NCBI RefSeq assembly: GCF_964355755.1
Contig: NC_092671.1
Coordinates: 8,246,001-8,310,000 of the forward strand
Reading direction: 5' to 3'
DNA: 64,000 nt
Source: Antedon mediterranea
Taxonomy: Eukaryota > Animalia > Echinodermata
This document shows positions 1 through 12,315 of the stretch, piece after piece (position 1 is the first letter of the stretch; every line of letters begins with the position of its first letter). The notes under the pieces are model-generated. The model did no database searches and had not been told where the DNA came from. It saw only the letters and a program-made list of their open reading frames with translations. The position numbers and the translations under genes are program-made.

Positions 1-131
1 CAGCACTAATAAGGGGCCCTCCAATGGTAATTCAGCTAAGGTCATTTCATTGGGCTGCTCATGCTTTGGGGCCCCTTAAGTTCTGGGCCCTAAGGTTTAG
101 CCAGTGAGCACTTATAGCCACTACACCACTG
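1..131. mobile_element. Possible end of a hAT-like MITE
   Basis: GGGGCCC repeats ending in CACTACACCACTG (reverse complement CAGTGGTGTAG); the other end is not in the window. Confidence 0.4.
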
Positions 132-670
132 CACTAAAAGAGTATGTATTTAAATTAACTGTTAGCGTCAGTTATTAAGAAACCATAACATAACTAAGCC
201 TAAAATAAACTGTTTAAAACTTAATAGACTCAGTAAAAATAAAATGCATATATGTATTTTAAACTTTAAAGGAAGCACCACCCTTCCAATTAAGACATAC
301 AGTAAGACCAGTTGTTAATTGGTCAGGAAATTAGCATAGCATCCTTCCACTAGTAAAAAGCTGTGAAGCGTATAATGGACTAGGAGGTCTGGGTTAGTCA
401 GTTTGGCCATGTTCAAGGCCGGAGCAGGAAACATCATCATCAGTTAGTCATCGTTTTTTTTTTTTTCAATCATTAAGTGATTGTTTATGATTTCATGAGT
501 TATTAACTGTAATTGATCTAGGGTATGAAAAAATGGTAGCATGTTTCTGGGACTACTTTATGTATGATTCAGAAATGCAAGTGATAAGTAAGGAAATATT
601 GAAATATTGTACTTCAATGGAATATAATTGTCTTGTGTATGCCTAGAGTGGAGATTACAGCATATGCAGA

Positions 671-690
671 TCAATTTACATAGTGGAATA
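671..690 (-). CDS. Possible terminal exon of the Ig-like gene (VFHYVN*)
   Basis: gttatattttag acceptor; phase-1 join gives GTA TTC CAC TAT GTA AAT TGA; the gene could instead continue past the left edge. Confidence 0.35.
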
Positions 691-725
691 CTAAAATATA
701 ACCTGCTTATAATAGTCATGTAAAC

Positions 726-1021
726 AATAATAATAATAATATGCTAGATTAATAAAGCGCTAATGTTGTGAAACCACTATGCGCTGTACATATTATTACC
801 CTGGCCATTTTTGGATCAAACACGTATGGAAACATACTTCCATAATGCAGCTAGTAATGAGCGCAAAGTTTGTGTATTGACCTTACCAGGTAACCATTTG
901 TACATCTGGCCAGAGAGAGGCAAATGTAAGTAAATTGTCTTGCCCAAGGATACAAACAATGTGACGAGCATTGGATTCGAACCCACGATCTTATGACCAA
1001 CGCCCAACACGCTACGCCACA
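726..1021 (-). mobile_element. tRNA-derived SINE with L2-like 3' tail
   Basis: Minus strand: GTGGCGTAGCG A-box-like, GGTTCGAATCC B-box, TCCTTGGGCAAGAC central SINE-type core, AGCGCTTTATTAAT then (TAT)n tail. Confidence 0.75.
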
Positions 1022-1080
1022 TGCAATCGCCGTTACAAACAGCCTGAAAGAATGAATAGATTTAAATATAATAAATTTAC

Positions 1081-1431
1081 CAATAGGGATGACATCAATG
1101 ATGAAATTAATGTAGTGCTGCCTTGACTTCACCTCTACCTTAAAGCTGTTGCTTGCTGTATCATAGTTGCGGATCTTGATAACTTCAAGGGTTTGGCGGT
1201 CATATGACAGGAACATGTTACGCGGCAGCTTCCCTTTATCTTCAAGATCTAGCAGTAAGTTTGATGTCTTCTCACGAATCTTTACACGACGAAACCACTT
1301 AATATCACTTGCTTCATGCTCGCCATTAACGTTGATCTTTAGAACAGCCTTTGCACCAATCTTCTTGGTCAGGTGACATGTTGAAGTGTTGTTTATGTAC
1401 TGGTCACAATGATCAGCAGATACTTTGATAG
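1081..1431 (-). CDS. Ig-like domain exon (AIKVSADHC...IKWFRR...TLEVIKIRNYDTASNSFKVEV...IDVIPI)
   Basis: Core of ORF 851..1498; cttttctttattag acceptor and GTAAAT donor; 351 nt with symmetric phase 1-1, typical of Ig-domain exons; beta-strand pattern with a C-strand Trp. Confidence 0.8.
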
Positions 1432-1644
1432 CTAATAAAGAAAAGTGTATATAACGACAAGTCATAGTACGACCCCATCCATAAGCATGTCCAAACAACC
1501 AAGCAAATCATCATTTAGAAAGTTAAAAAAAAAAGAAGTTAGAGTAGGCATAGCTAGATGTTATTCTATTCAACATGATACTTCCTATAATACTAGGCCT
1601 ACTATTATCATCATATTACACCCACTATTATATTAAGTCTATTA

Positions 1645-3270
1645 AATGGCTAGGCCTAACCTCTAGGCTACGTCGACTGTGTAGCAGGTCCTCCTTCCAT
1701 TAGTATGTTAGTGTTACTAAAACAGTCTACTCTGATCTGTACTAGAACTACTAGCCTAGTAGTAGTAGTACTACTAGACTACAGGGTAGTCTACTAGGCC
1801 TACTACTACTAGATGAGGATGAGGCCTAGCCTTGCTGTGCCAGTAGTAGGTAGGAGTAGTAGTTTCATACAAGCGCGCCCAGCGGGTAGACCTAGACTAG
1901 TAGTAGTAAAATATATGTAACCTAGGCTAGGCTAAAAGTATACACTAGGCTAGGCCCTAACTAGGCCTATTTATATTTTATTTAGAAAGAGAGGTTTTTA
2001 TTAGGACAAGCTATTTCTTAGACCTACTACCGGCGCTACTGCAGTTTCGCACCACACTGTTAAATCTTCGATTTATCACTTAATTTTTTTCTCACACCCA
2101 CATCATACAATTTCAGGCCATTATGTAACATGTTTCCATGATTTAGCCACCGTTATATTTACCTTTATCACAATAAAAAATGCCTTTCAAAACAGCTCCA
2201 TTTCCGCGAATACCTCGATCGAACTGTGGCCATTTTAGAATCAGAAAATTGCCAGAAATCAATGTATGTTTTATTTTTAAACTGCAAAGAGTGGTTTTTA
2301 TAAAGAACCAGCTAGCTGTACATATCAAAACGGCGACGATGAGTCTGTACATAAAACATTGATAGGACCTATTAATGAATAATAATACTAATATTAATAA
2401 TGAAATATTAATTAAACCTCTCTTTCGCCAGCTGAAAATATTTCTTGCCTTTCAAAACTAAATAGGCCTAGGCCTATATATGTGTAATCGGATTTTATAA
2501 CACTGGCCTCTATAGTTTCTACATTTTTTGGGGAAAATGAAGCATACATTCTGGCAATTAAGTGATAAATATAAGATGGCGAACATTTCGCAGTGTGTTG
2601 ACATCGAGTTCAGTATTGTTGAAAATGTTTTGAAAAGTATTGTTATTTAAAAAAAATTACTTCGTAAGTGGTCGAATCGTATAAACATGTTACATAATAT
2701 TATGTTGTGAGTGTGAAAAAGAAAAATTTAGGTGAGAAATCGAAGATATAACGGTGTGGTGCGAAACTGCAGTAGCGCCCCTACTACCTACCTGTCTGTA
2801 ATCTATTATTGTATTAAAGTATAGGCCTAGGCCCCCCCTAGGCTAGGCCTAGGCTTAGCTTAAATTTAATTTTTGTTTGGCCTAGCTAGGACTAGGCTAG
2901 GGCCTACGCTATGGATAACTAACCAGACTAAGGCCTTGGCCTAGCCTAGCTAGTAGTAGCCTACTACACTAGGCTAGCCTACGTTGGAAAACCTTGTCAA
3001 TGCCCATCCACGTGTGACATATGATGTGTTTGTTTTTGTTTTCATGACTGGAAAAACTTGTTTAAGCCTACAGAGGGCGGTATGTAAGTAAGCAAAGCCT
3101 ACTTGTTGGGTGGCGTCCATAACTACAAAAATGTCAAGGAGTTGGTGACTTCAAAGTTGATGGTATCCACGGCGTATATACGCCAAGACATGCCATGGGC
3201 CTAGCCTAGCCTAGGCCTAGGCAAACCTAGGCTAGTTCTCTTTTACAGTTCTAGGCCTAGGCCTATATCA
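1645..3270. repeat. Low-complexity TAGGCCTA/CTAG/(TAG)n-rich tract in the first intron of the Ig-like gene, interrupted by the MULE element
   Basis: Dozens of AGGCCT, CCTAGG and (TAG/CTA)n motifs at 1645-2030 and 2790-3270. Confidence 0.85.
2032..2779. mobile_element. Non-autonomous Mutator/MULE-like element (748 bp)
   Basis: About 55-bp TIRs GGCGCTACTGCAGTTTCGCACCACAC...; perfect 9-bp TSD CCTACTACC at 2023-2031 and 2780-2788. Confidence 0.9.
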
Positions 3271-3295
3271 AAAAATATTGACAAAATATACTAAC

Positions 3296-3359
3296 CTCCA
3301 ATAGTTCCACGCATATTTAATAACCCGATAATAAAAGTGATAATTAACCATGTACGCAT
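3296..3359 (-). CDS. First coding exon (signal peptide MRTWLIITFIIGLLNMRGTIG) of a secreted or surface Ig-like protein
   Basis: ATG in AAAAATG context; basic N-terminus plus hydrophobic core; phase-1 donor G|GTTAGT joins exon 1081-1431 in frame (G+CT=Ala); next to a CpG-rich region. Confidence 0.75.
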
Positions 3360-3379
3360 TTTTTCATAAACTATCAGCA

Positions 3380-4070
3380 TCATACCACAAAAAAAATCAA
3401 TCAACCGCGCGCGCCACACACATTGATTATTTACACGTCGTACGTAGAGAGAGAGGTACGTACACACGTACAAAAAGCTGCTATAGATCCGGAGTACGTA
3501 AGAGATTATCTCTAACGCGCGCGATACAACAAATATGCGCAGAGCGCACACATTGGATGGCCTGTTATTGTCAAATGAAAGATAGGCCTATACACCGGAA
3601 CTATATATATATTAAAAGTATGCGTCAATAATGGACAATTCGATATTTGTTTCCGAACGTACGAGACAACCAATACGAGAGATGTAAGGTACTTACTAAC
3701 TAGGCCTAGCCTATTCGTATTCGTACATTTTTAAAAATAATGATTTATCCTCCGCACAGTGATCATAATCGTTAATATAGGCCTGCAATTGAAGTCACTG
3801 CCGTATTAACTATTACATTTTAAGTGAGATACGGAAGTAAAACATTTTTTCTTTTATGATAAAACAAAAGGAATCAACAGATAGGTAGACATGTTAGCGT
3901 CAAGAGAATATACACACTGTCTTCTTTTTAATTAAGAAAACATTGTCCGTGCTTCTAATTTCTTTCTGAAAGGAAGCGGTCGTCCGCCAATTTCAGATAA
4001 GTTGCGAAAACAGAATAAAGACGCCGCTTTTCCGTCACGAATAGTTTTCGTTGTTCATAAGGAGGCCTAG
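3380..4070. promoter_or_regulatory. CpG-rich promoter region upstream of the Ig-like gene
   Basis: Dense CpG (CGCGCGCG runs, TGCGCA, ETS-like CGGAAGT near 3832) in an otherwise CpG-poor window, directly 5' of the signal-peptide exon. Confidence 0.6.
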
Positions 4071-4491
4071 TATTTTTTTATTTTTTTTTTTTTTATTTCA
4101 TACTTTCATATTGTGCATACGTATAAGAGGCGTTGGTTAAGAAGAGAAGTAATAATGTTTCATACATGTTATGTTGTTTGCATAATCTAGACAGTGGCTA
4201 CGTCGAAATATTGATATAAACTTTATACGGTATTCCATGTGATAGATATTATACGATTACTTTAGCAATTAATATCGTTTTTTAACTTAGACGACGTTCT
4301 TTAAAGATTTAGGTGTGTAATGAAGACTTTTTCAATGTACTAAGGTATTATTTGAGTTTATTTTTCGACAAAATCTAGCATTGAAAAGAAAAGAACATCT
4401 TCATTATAGACCAACATTTTTTAAGATGATAAATTGGACTAATAAACCGATGCCAACGGCGAAAATGACCAATAAAGTAAAGTCAAAGTTA

Positions 4492-4632
4492 AGCTCTGTC
4501 TACACTATCAAAAAAGTGCATACATAGTAGTGATATGCCCAAATATGGTAGTGATATGACATAATCATGTCCATATACATGGACACATCACATTTTTTTG
4601 TCATAAAGTTTGATAGTCATGTAGACAGAACT
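4492..4632. mobile_element. Harbinger/Tourist-like MITE, family A (TIR AGCTCTGTCTACACTATCAAA)
   Basis: TIRs with TTA on both flanks (4489-4491 and 4633-4635); several copies in the window. Confidence 0.85.
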
Positions 4633-5142
4633 TTAGATTTTGATGAGATCGATTTGAACTTATTTCCACAAAGGTTTATGACCCGAATTTCTATGAAAAT
4701 AGCTGCAATTTTTTTTAAAAGCATACACTTTCTACACACGTGTGTGAGTCATAATTAAGAATATAAAAACGTGATACTTTCTTTAACAAGTTGATGGTGG
4801 TGGAAAAGAGAGATTAGGCTGGGCGCCGAGACAAGACCAGGAATGACGAACGGTTGGCCTGCTGGAATTGATTCCCCTTTTCAGTGCACTAAATGGCACA
4901 TACATACATTTTCGGTTGAAGTTTTTAATAATAATAATAATAATATGCCAACTACGATACCGTAAATTATCAAAGAAGCGACGTTTTCGAAACAATTTCA
5001 GCGTTGTCATATTTATCAATAAGTTGGCTGGACCGAAAGGGCACAAGACAACTACTGGTATCACAGTGTATTTCTAAAAATATCCCTCTGCTTCAGTATT
5101 TGATGATATATGTTTTTTAACGAATATTTATCTAATAAAACT

Positions 5143-5380
5143 TCTCCTTCATGTTACGTTCCTAAATGGAAACTTCAGACATATGGCCATCGTGCATTTT
5201 CCTGTGCAGCACCCATTTTGTGGAATAAACTGCCAATCGACATAAAGACATCTGAAAACATCAACACTTTCAAAACACGACTAAAAACCCATTTTTACAC
5301 AGAGGCATTTCCTTTGTCAAGCGCCTTTGAACATTATTATGGATATTGGTGCTATATAAATCTGATTGATTGATTGATTG
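5143..5380 (+). mobile_element. 5'-truncated L2/CR1-group LINE 3' end
   Basis: Peptide YGHRAFSCAAPILWNKLPIDIKTSENINTFKTRLKTHF is the typical L2/CR1 ORF2 C-terminus; AAGCGCCTTTGA...GCTATATAAAT tail followed by (GATT)n. Confidence 0.85.
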
Positions 5381-5529
5381 AAGGTGATCCGATCACAATA
5401 TCTTGTCGACAGCTGCATTCAGTTCGGTGGCCGCGTATAACAAATCGTGTACAAAATAGGTGTATATTGTTTAAGAATACTGTACAACAGTTCACACTAA
5501 ACCTTCTGGATTCCGTACAAAATAACTTG

Positions 5530-5801
5530 ATTGGGAAACGTAACGTACGTAGCCACCAGACCGAATCCAGGCCCAGTGTGAACGTATCTTTAAGCATCAT
5601 TCCAATCAATTCATTTATACAGTACTTACTAGTACATTTTATATAATTACGTTTTTGTCTTATAATAATTGGAAAACGTAACGTACGTAGCCACCAGACC
5701 TAATCCGGGCAAAGTGTGAACGTATCTTTAAGCATCATTGCAATCAATTCATTTACTGTACAGTACTGGTAATTTATATAATTAAGTTTTTGTCTTATAA
5801 T
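5530..5801. repeat. Tandem duplication, 2 x about 138 bp
   Basis: ACGTAACGTACGTAGCCACCAGACC recurs at 5538 and 5676. Confidence 0.9.
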
Positions 5802-6090
5802 CATGACGTCGTTTTTTGGTTAATGTAACAATCCCCTAATTGTATTAGATGTTCCAAAAATAGATTGATTGCATGTTAAAAGCAGATAACATTTTACCTA
5901 GTAAAATACTTAGACGGTGGGAATTTTTGTCTCGGAATGAAAGTCTTTATCAATCCTCACTGTAGCAATAACTTGAACCTTTAGTAAATTAAATGAAAAT
6001 AAAAATTAAAGAATTAAGAATATTAAAGAATTAAGAATAGAAAATAAGAGGTTGAAGTCACAGAAAAGACGTCACATCATTACGTTATAA

Positions 6091-6416
6091 AGCTTGGTTC
6101 ACACTAAAGCGTGGTTCCCACTAGCGACGCAACACAAGGACGTAACGCAACGCAAATGAATTGACCAATCACAAGCGATGGCTTATTCGCTTGTGATTGC
6201 TAACTGTCTATAACTTCGCTTGTCATTGGTTAAAACGCTTGCGTTGCGTTTACGTCCTTGCGTTACGTTCTAGTGGGAACCAAGCTTAAGATGCAACGCA
6301 AGGACGTAAACGCAACGCAAGCGTGTCGACCAATGACAAGCGACAGTTCGAATAATCCGTCAACTCACTTACATTGCGTTACGTCCTTGTGTTGCGTCTC
6401 TAGTGGGAATCAAGAA
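6091..6416. mobile_element. Harbinger-like MITE family B (TIR AGCTTGGTTCCCACTAG): a young copy (6108-6286) nested in an older copy
   Basis: Inner copy has TAA TSDs at 6105-6107 and 6287-6289; the host sequence resumes after the insertion. Confidence 0.88.
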
Positions 6417-6715
6417 TTAGCGTTTTTTACAATAGTTATTAACAAATGAAACTGAAAATAGAAACGTATTGTAGGCCTATGCTGAATTTATTTTTATGGT
6501 AGGTATTATGAAATAACAAAAAAAAATGATTAGATCTCTACATACTTTTTCGATGGTTAATATACGAAGGAACATTACTTATACTAGAGAAATAAACAAT
6601 TGAGTAAGAAGTGTTTTGTATTATAGAGTTACTAATGGTATTATCGATATAATACAGTTATCTTCCTTATAGGCCTACATTAAAACGCAGAATCTTAATT
6701 GATAGTATGCCCTAT

Positions 6716-7220
6716 AAAGCTAAACCACAAATCAAGACACGCAAGGACATAACTAAAGCTTGGTTCCCACTAGAACGTAACGCAAGGACGTAAAAGCAAC
6801 GCAAGCGTTTTAACCAATGACAAGCGAAGTTATAGACAGTAAAGCGTGGTTCCCATGGCTTAATCACTTGTTATTGGTCAATTCACTTGCGTTGCGTTAC
6901 GTCCTTTGCGTCGCTAGTGGAAACCACGTTTAAAGCTTGGTGTCCACTAGAACGTAACGCAAGGACGTAAACGCAACGCAAGCGTTTTAACCAATGACAA
7001 GCTAAGTTATAAACAGTTAGCAATCACAAGCAAATAAGCCATCGCTTGTGATTGGTCAATTCACTTGCGTTGCGTTACGTCCTTGTGTTGCGTCGCTAGT
7101 GGGAACCACGCTTTACCCTCAATCACGTAAGCGCGACGCTAACCAATCACAAGTAATGGATTATTTGAACTTGCTTGCGTTGCGTCTACGTCCATGCGAC
7201 TTTAATGGGAACCAAGCTTA
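6716..7220. mobile_element. MITE family B cluster: two tandem copies (6757-6930 and 6934-7112) inside a degenerate older copy
   Basis: Repeated AGCTTGGTTCCCACTAG/CTAGTGGGAACCA(A/C)GCT ends separated by TAA. Confidence 0.85.
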
Positions 7221-8137
7221 AGTAAGATAATAAGTAAGATAAAAAGGTATAATACCTCCCTGTTTAAACCATGTTTAATAATATGCTCTCTTACAATATT
7301 CTTCATATATTTGATGCTTACAAAAACTACCAGATTTAAATTATTGGCCAAAACTAAAAAAATATTCAAGATTAAACGTCAGCAAATAATAACTATGAAT
7401 AATAAGATCAGGAATACATATTATAATACATTCAACTACTTAAAGTAAAGTTTAATGAAACATTAAAGGTACATATATGCGGGTTCTATCGTACATCTTC
7501 ACGTACATATAAGCGTACAAATAAATGTTTGTTTATTAAACATATTTCAATACAAGAAATGGAACTCGAGGAAAACATTAGTGTACATCAATTAGGCTAT
7601 AAACAATAGATAATAAACAATGGTCTTCATTTATGGTCTTATTTAAAAAGATATTTATGAACAGTAGGCGATTTTTATACTCTCTTTATACTATTATTTT
7701 TCAGATATTATTGATAACAAAATTGTATTAAAGGAAAGTACATTAAGTATGAATATAATACATCCATAATTATTTTTTAAACTTTTTTTTTATATTTATA
7801 GTTTCAATTGACAACATGTTTGTGAACCAATTTGTTATACTTTACTGTGAATTCAAATTGAATCTAATTGGACACTACAGGAGGGTGATAATCTCTACTG
7901 TTGCCAATTGTTTCATTCATTCAATAATAATAAATAAATTCATTTCTTTTTTCCCAATGCCTTCAACCAACAAATTTGAGATAATTCTTTAAAATATGTT
8001 TTTCTTCAGGTTTTTGTAAGCATTTAAATATTAAATGAAATATTAGTACAGTAAATATCAAAACTTGCTTTAATCCTATTTATAGAATCATTGCTACATA
8101 GTTATTTTCGGTGTTGCCATAGAAACATCTGTTCTTG

Positions 8138-8185
8138 TTACTTTAATAATGACCACTTCAGCTGATCTTTAGCACTTTGGAAAAC
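8138..8185 (-). CDS. COPZ1: Coatomer zeta terminal coding exon (VFQSAKDQLKWSLLK*)
   Basis: gtctcttcag acceptor; 48 nt ending in TAA; matches the conserved metazoan zeta-COP C-terminus (V.QSAK.Q.KWSLL). Confidence 0.96.
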   Translation of the reverse strand, partial: VFQSAKDQLKWSLLK

Positions 8186-9169
8186 CTGAAGAGACAAACA
8201 AAATTTAAAGTTTTCAGAGGATTAACAACAAAATAAAATCAATAAAGAAAAAATAAATAAATTAGGTTTAACAATACGTAAAAGTTGTGATATAATGTAT
8301 CGGTCATAATTGATAGAACATTATGCTTTAATTATACATCCGTCCAAATGTCAACGACCTTATTGTTACACTGTTTTAGCCCTGGCTTATGTTTCCTATG
8401 GGTTGTGTCTATATTACTCATTTGTGACCGTTGGTTCACCACTGTCCCCTTGGACATTAGACTTTCTAGCCCCCAAAGATTTGAGTAGAGTAACTAAATA
8501 CGATGACGATTATCACACTAAACCAACATGTTTTATCTGTTACAACATGGGCTAACGGCGCTAAATAACACTTGACAGTGAGCCTGGGATAAAAAAAAAC
8601 ATTTAATTATGTCAACACTACATCAGCATTAACCACAACAATTGTTTAGTATTATTTGTTGAATATGTATTAAAGTTTGATAATGATAACTGGGAAACTA
8701 AATCTGTTCATATATTTATGTAATTTTATACTATTAATAATAACCAGTTATTAGACAGCAGGGATGCATTATTATGTTGGTGGCCGTGGCTGATACAGAC
8801 TTGCTTCCAACTCTATTTAAACATGTTTTGGATTTATCAACCAGGAAAGATGTACATGAACTGTCATTGTTGATACCAAGATGTTCCTAGTTCTTGCCCT
8901 CTTCAATTCCCATTGGAGATGGGCTATAATAATAACTTTATAAAAAGGTGGTTGATTGTAAGGCACTTCAACTTTGCAAACGCAATGTCTACTATTGTTC
9001 ATCCCTTTTTTTGATTCAGTAATTTGACAAACAAATAAATGCAATGATTTAACTAAAATAATGGACAGATGTTGGCATTACTCTGCCCAAATTGTTCTTA
9101 ATATTATAAATACTAACATATGAAAATACTTCAGAATCGGGCAAACAACTAACAAATCAACTTGGCTCC

Positions 9170-9471
9170 CTGATGAAAATTAACTAAAATAACTACATCT
9201 TCTGGACAGAAAGAAATATGGAGCTGTAATTGTGTAGTATATTGAATACCTGAAAATTCGAAAACCTAAATAAACTCGTTTTAAAAGTAGAGTCTGCTCT
9301 CTGATGGAAATTAACTAAAATAATTACATCTTCTGGACACAGGATAAAGCCAAACTTCAAACACCATTTTTGGTTTTGTCTCACTTTTTGTATACTCACT
9401 GAAAGAAACATGGAGCTGCAATTGTGTACTATATTGAATACCTGAAACTCGAAAACCCAAATAAACTTGTT
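9170..9471. repeat. Diverged local duplication (about 112 bp); second copy carries an insertion of about 60 bp
   Basis: AATTAACTAAAATAA.TACATCTTCTGGACA and TATATTGAATACCTGAAA each occur twice. Confidence 0.8.
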
Positions 9472-11272
9472 TACATGGAGTGAAGAAGATGAAAACTAGA
9501 GTTCTGGAGCAATTAAATAAAAAGTAAAGTCTGTTAATAAACTTGTGTGCTGCCACCAATACTACAATGTATGATCTCTAAAGCCAACTCCCTGTTAAAC
9601 TGTATTACGATATATCACGCTATCACACACTACAGTGACATTTTCATGGAAAAGATACCAATAGATTAGGTGAAGACCTTCACCTTAAATCATTTATAGA
9701 CCACCTTCCACTTATATTATATCCCTCAATATACAAATTCAGAAATTATATTGCACATATTTAACAGTGGTAAAAATGAATAAGATCTTTGAGACCATGC
9801 ACTTGAATTCTCAAATCCAAGGATTTCCTAAATTTCATAATAAACCACTCGATCAAATCGCGTGACCAGAGTGTTTTAAACCTCTGTCCACACCATCAAA
9901 CTACTATCTTGTCTTTGTATATAAAAATTAATTACTGATTTCAAGTTTCAAGTATTTGTTCACACTGTTGTGGCCATGAAATTTTAGTTTTTCATGAAGG
10001 ATAAAATAAGACTTTATATCCGTAAATTTCCTACAATGTCGGTATTGAGGTTTTGTGAGTATTTGTGAATCTACCATATAAGGGAATAAATCGGTCTTAC
10101 ATAACATACATTTTCAATAATAACTCGCAGAGGTTGAGGTGAATTTTTTAAATGTTTTTCAAAGATTAAATAATAATTTAATTATAGATTTACTTTAAAT
10201 CATGAAGAAAACTATGTAGTTAATAAAGAAAGATATTTCATTCAGATTTTGTCATATTATACAGAGTCAAATTTGCAAAACCCTTTAATAAGTTGTAATC
10301 AGGTTTGCAAGGCAATTTTGTGGCCAAGGGGACACATGTGAAGTCTTGGGGAAAAAACACACCCGCAAACGGCTTGTTCTAGTTACAAGATGGTTGGCAT
10401 GTATTTAACTGACTATCCTTATCACAACAGTACATTATGCTAAAAAAAATAATCAAATAGCATCCCCAACTATACCTTCTTTCAAGATTACTCGTGTTCG
10501 CTATGAATCTATCAAAAATGTGTAGCAAATCAGGAGATCAAAATATGTTATACAACTTGTTAAAATTGGTAACAATTTATGCAGTGTTTAAACGGGTTTT
10601 AGATTCATTCTCAAGTTTGAATAAAACGCATTTAAACAGAAAATTATGTCATCAATTTTACTGATATAATACTGCCATTAGTTTTTAAAATCATAAATCT
10701 AACTTTAAAAAAAGAAACTAACTAGAGGCAAGTGGATCATACATTATGATAATGAAATCAGAATCGAAATATAAAACATAAAATTTCAGAAACCAAAGAA
10801 GATTAACATATCAATTTCCAATTGCATAAATAATTTGACAGAAGTCATGATAAAGAACAGAATACAGAAGTACTTATAACTGTGAATGAAGATTCCTCTA
10901 ACGTCTAAAAAGAGACATTTTCTAATAGACATCTGTTAGTGCATCTGTTAGTATGTTTTATACACATCCTCATATAATTCTTGTCAGTATCATTGTATGA
11001 CACGACGATAGCAACTGTGTTGCTATTGCATATTCCCATAGCGCGCTTCATAATGTATGGCTATAGTGAAATGCTTCTTTAAAAACATTTTAGAATTGCT
11101 AGATCTTCTGCTAGAAAAAATCAAATTTGAATTAAGATATTTGATACACTCTATTCACTATTTAAAAAACCATTAAGAGTTTGTGCATCATGGTAACACA
11201 CCTTGCACCAGAAAAACTGATGGACAAAAAGAAAGCTGCTTTACAAAAACTAAAATAGACAAACATTGCTAA

Positions 11273-11430
11273 AGCTCTGTCTACACTATCAAACTTTAAT
11301 TCAGAAAGAAATATGATGTGACCATATATGGACATGATGATGTCATATCAATACCATGTTTGGGTATATCACTACCATTTGGGCACATCACATTTTTTTT
11401 GTCAAACTAGTTTGATAGTGTAGACAGCTT
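11273..11430. mobile_element. MITE family A copy
   Basis: Same TIRs and CACTACCAT/GGGCACATCAC core; TAA flanks. Confidence 0.85.
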
Positions 11431-12294
11431 TAATTTTAAGTATGGTCAATTTGTAATCTGTCAAATCTTTCACCCAACATCGGTCTTCTCATAATTAGAA
11501 ATAGAAACAAACTGTATGACACGTATAAAAGGATATCTATATGCCAAACATAGTGCCAAACCTTTCTCCTGTATCTGCATTTAAAGTGCAGTGCAACTAT
11601 AGGGCCAATAACGCCATTCATGCAGTAACTTTTTTTAAACCTCAATCATCTCGGACATGTTACACAATCAGGTAGCAGAGAGGTAAAACACAATAGTTTA
11701 TCACTCATCAAAATAGTAACATAAGATAGACAAATATTATTGTGTATCTTACTATAGTTTTAATAGAAGTAATTGTATAGTTAGATAAAAAAAAATAATT
11801 TAAAAACTTGATACATTGTTTACTAATTGCTTTTATAGAAACAAAACTAAAACAACATCACACAAAGAAGAGGGAGTTGTACATGAGTCATCATAGTCTG
11901 TGTTACTTTACAGGTGTATACGCGTACACGTGCCATAGTGCAGTTTAGAAATCTGTGAGTGTACAATATTACAAACATACTAATATAAAAGATGTGAAAG
12001 TCAATATTAATTATGTAAAAAAAAAGTAGCTCAGAAGGTTACAATTATGATAGAATAAAAGTTCAACAAAGTTGAATTAGAAACTGTGAAAGGTAAATGG
12101 AATTGGTTCATCTAAAAATTAAAAAAAATTATTATATTACAGTAGAAAAAAATGGAGGAAGAAACAAAAGAATAAAGACCACAACCGAACATGCCAAAAA
12201 GAAGTATAAACCGAATATTGGGGCATTTATGGGACAAACTATTACCAGAGTATAGAAAATAAATCAATTGAAGTGTTCACCAGATATTACTTAC

Positions 12295-12315
12295 TTGCAG
12301 CTTTGCTGACAAACC
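12295..12315 (-). CDS. COPZ1: Candidate 21-nt alternative microexon of COPZ (GLSAKLQ)
   Basis: Minus strand acacacag|GGTTTGTCAGCAAAGCTGCAA|gtaagt; frame-preserving and stop-free in the phase-0 last intron. Confidence 0.55.

Noticed and set aside
960-1021. tRNA gene
   Set aside because: No cloverleaf; it continues into a SINE core and tail, so it is annotated as a SINE.
4790-4900. GC-richer segment resembling an RTE-LINE 3' end
   Set aside because: Too short and degenerate to support.
9061-9090. AGATGTTGGCAT resembling miR-31 (a similar match is near 45200 on the minus strand)
   Set aside because: Seed region mismatched and no convincing precursor hairpin.
11575-11640. CAGTGCAA seed-like sequence, checked because vertebrate COPZ genes host miR-148b/152
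   Set aside because: Poor hairpin pairing and it lies on the strand opposite COPZ; the vertebrate host intron corresponds to a region outside this window.
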